A DNA stretch of 48,311 bases, filler included, from Globobulimina sp. (lineage: Eukaryota), in NCBI GenBank assembly GCA_003354225.1. It is 44 parts of 44 records of this genome, joined end to end, with 100 filler letters (N's around TTAATTAATTAA, not from the genome) between each part and the next. Parts side by side here need not be neighbours in the genome. Positions count along the whole stretch, not along the records: positions 47,312 to 48,311 come from PIVH01026217.1; 43 more parts are not named here. One strand, given 5' to 3'. The notes under the pieces were generated by a model. That model searched no databases and had not been told where the DNA came from. It saw only the letters and a program-made list of their open reading frames with translations. The position numbers and the translations under genes are program-made. Below are positions 48,017 through 48,311 of the stretch, piece after piece; the stretch's first letter is position 1; each line of letters opens with the position of its first letter.

Positions 48017-48311
48017 AATTGTGGTTTATTATGAACAAAAAAATGTAGAAACGATATTTACGTCGAATTTAACTAACTGAGATCTAGGGAGCACCTCATT
48101 GCCAGTAGGTATGACATTCAGTCATTTTATAACCGTCTGGAGGGGTCAACTTCAGGGGGTCCGTTACCCCAAAGTGCATACACCGATTTTGTTGAAATTG
48201 TGGTTTATTATGAACAAAAAATGTAGAAGCGATATTTACGTCGAATTTAACTAACTGAGACCTAGGGAGCGCCTCATTGCCAGTAGGCATGACATTCAGT
48301 CATTTTATAAC
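48017..48311. repeat. 179-bp-period tandem duplication/satellite
   Basis: aattgtggtttattatgaac...cattttataac at 48017 and 48196, few mismatches. Confidence 0.9.

Noticed and set aside
1-48311. Operon or defence-island reading of neighbouring genes (caspase, ARH, HSP70-like, helicase, RtcA)
   Set aside because: The genes lie on separate contigs ordered by length only, and several have spliceosomal introns

Overview
This window is not one genomic locus. It is 44 unrelated short contigs (eleven of 1001 bp, then thirty-three of 1000 bp), each joined by an artificial 100-nt linker, N44-TTAATTAATTAA-N44, that puts stops in all six frames. It looks like the tail of a length-sorted assembly, so gene neighbourhood across linkers means nothing. 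Most contigs are AT-rich eukaryotic DNA with short (38-77 nt) GT-AG introns. The gene families suggest a protist, most plausibly a foraminiferan/Rhizarian (inference): IFT144, ArfGAP, PI3K, RTCA, ACAD10-like, ARH, GT47, caspase-like, PKD, SAM, SPRY and RING/TRAF proteins. Two contigs look bacterial, a few are animal-like repeat DNA, and several are internal chimeras typical of whole-genome amplification. The most interesting observations are: (1) an intron-split pyruvate:ferredoxin oxidoreductase N-terminus behind a mitochondrial-type presequence, missed by the ORF track; (2) a GCCGTC-(9 nt, ...TATTAA)-GGCGGC hairpin repeat in two independent contigs, one directly downstream of a Helitron-type Pif1 helicase; (3) a 198-bp TA-TSD MITE inserted in that hairpin loop, with an empty site beside it; (4) an intron-associated palindrome family. 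No multi-gene novel system can be demonstrated from 1-kb fragments.
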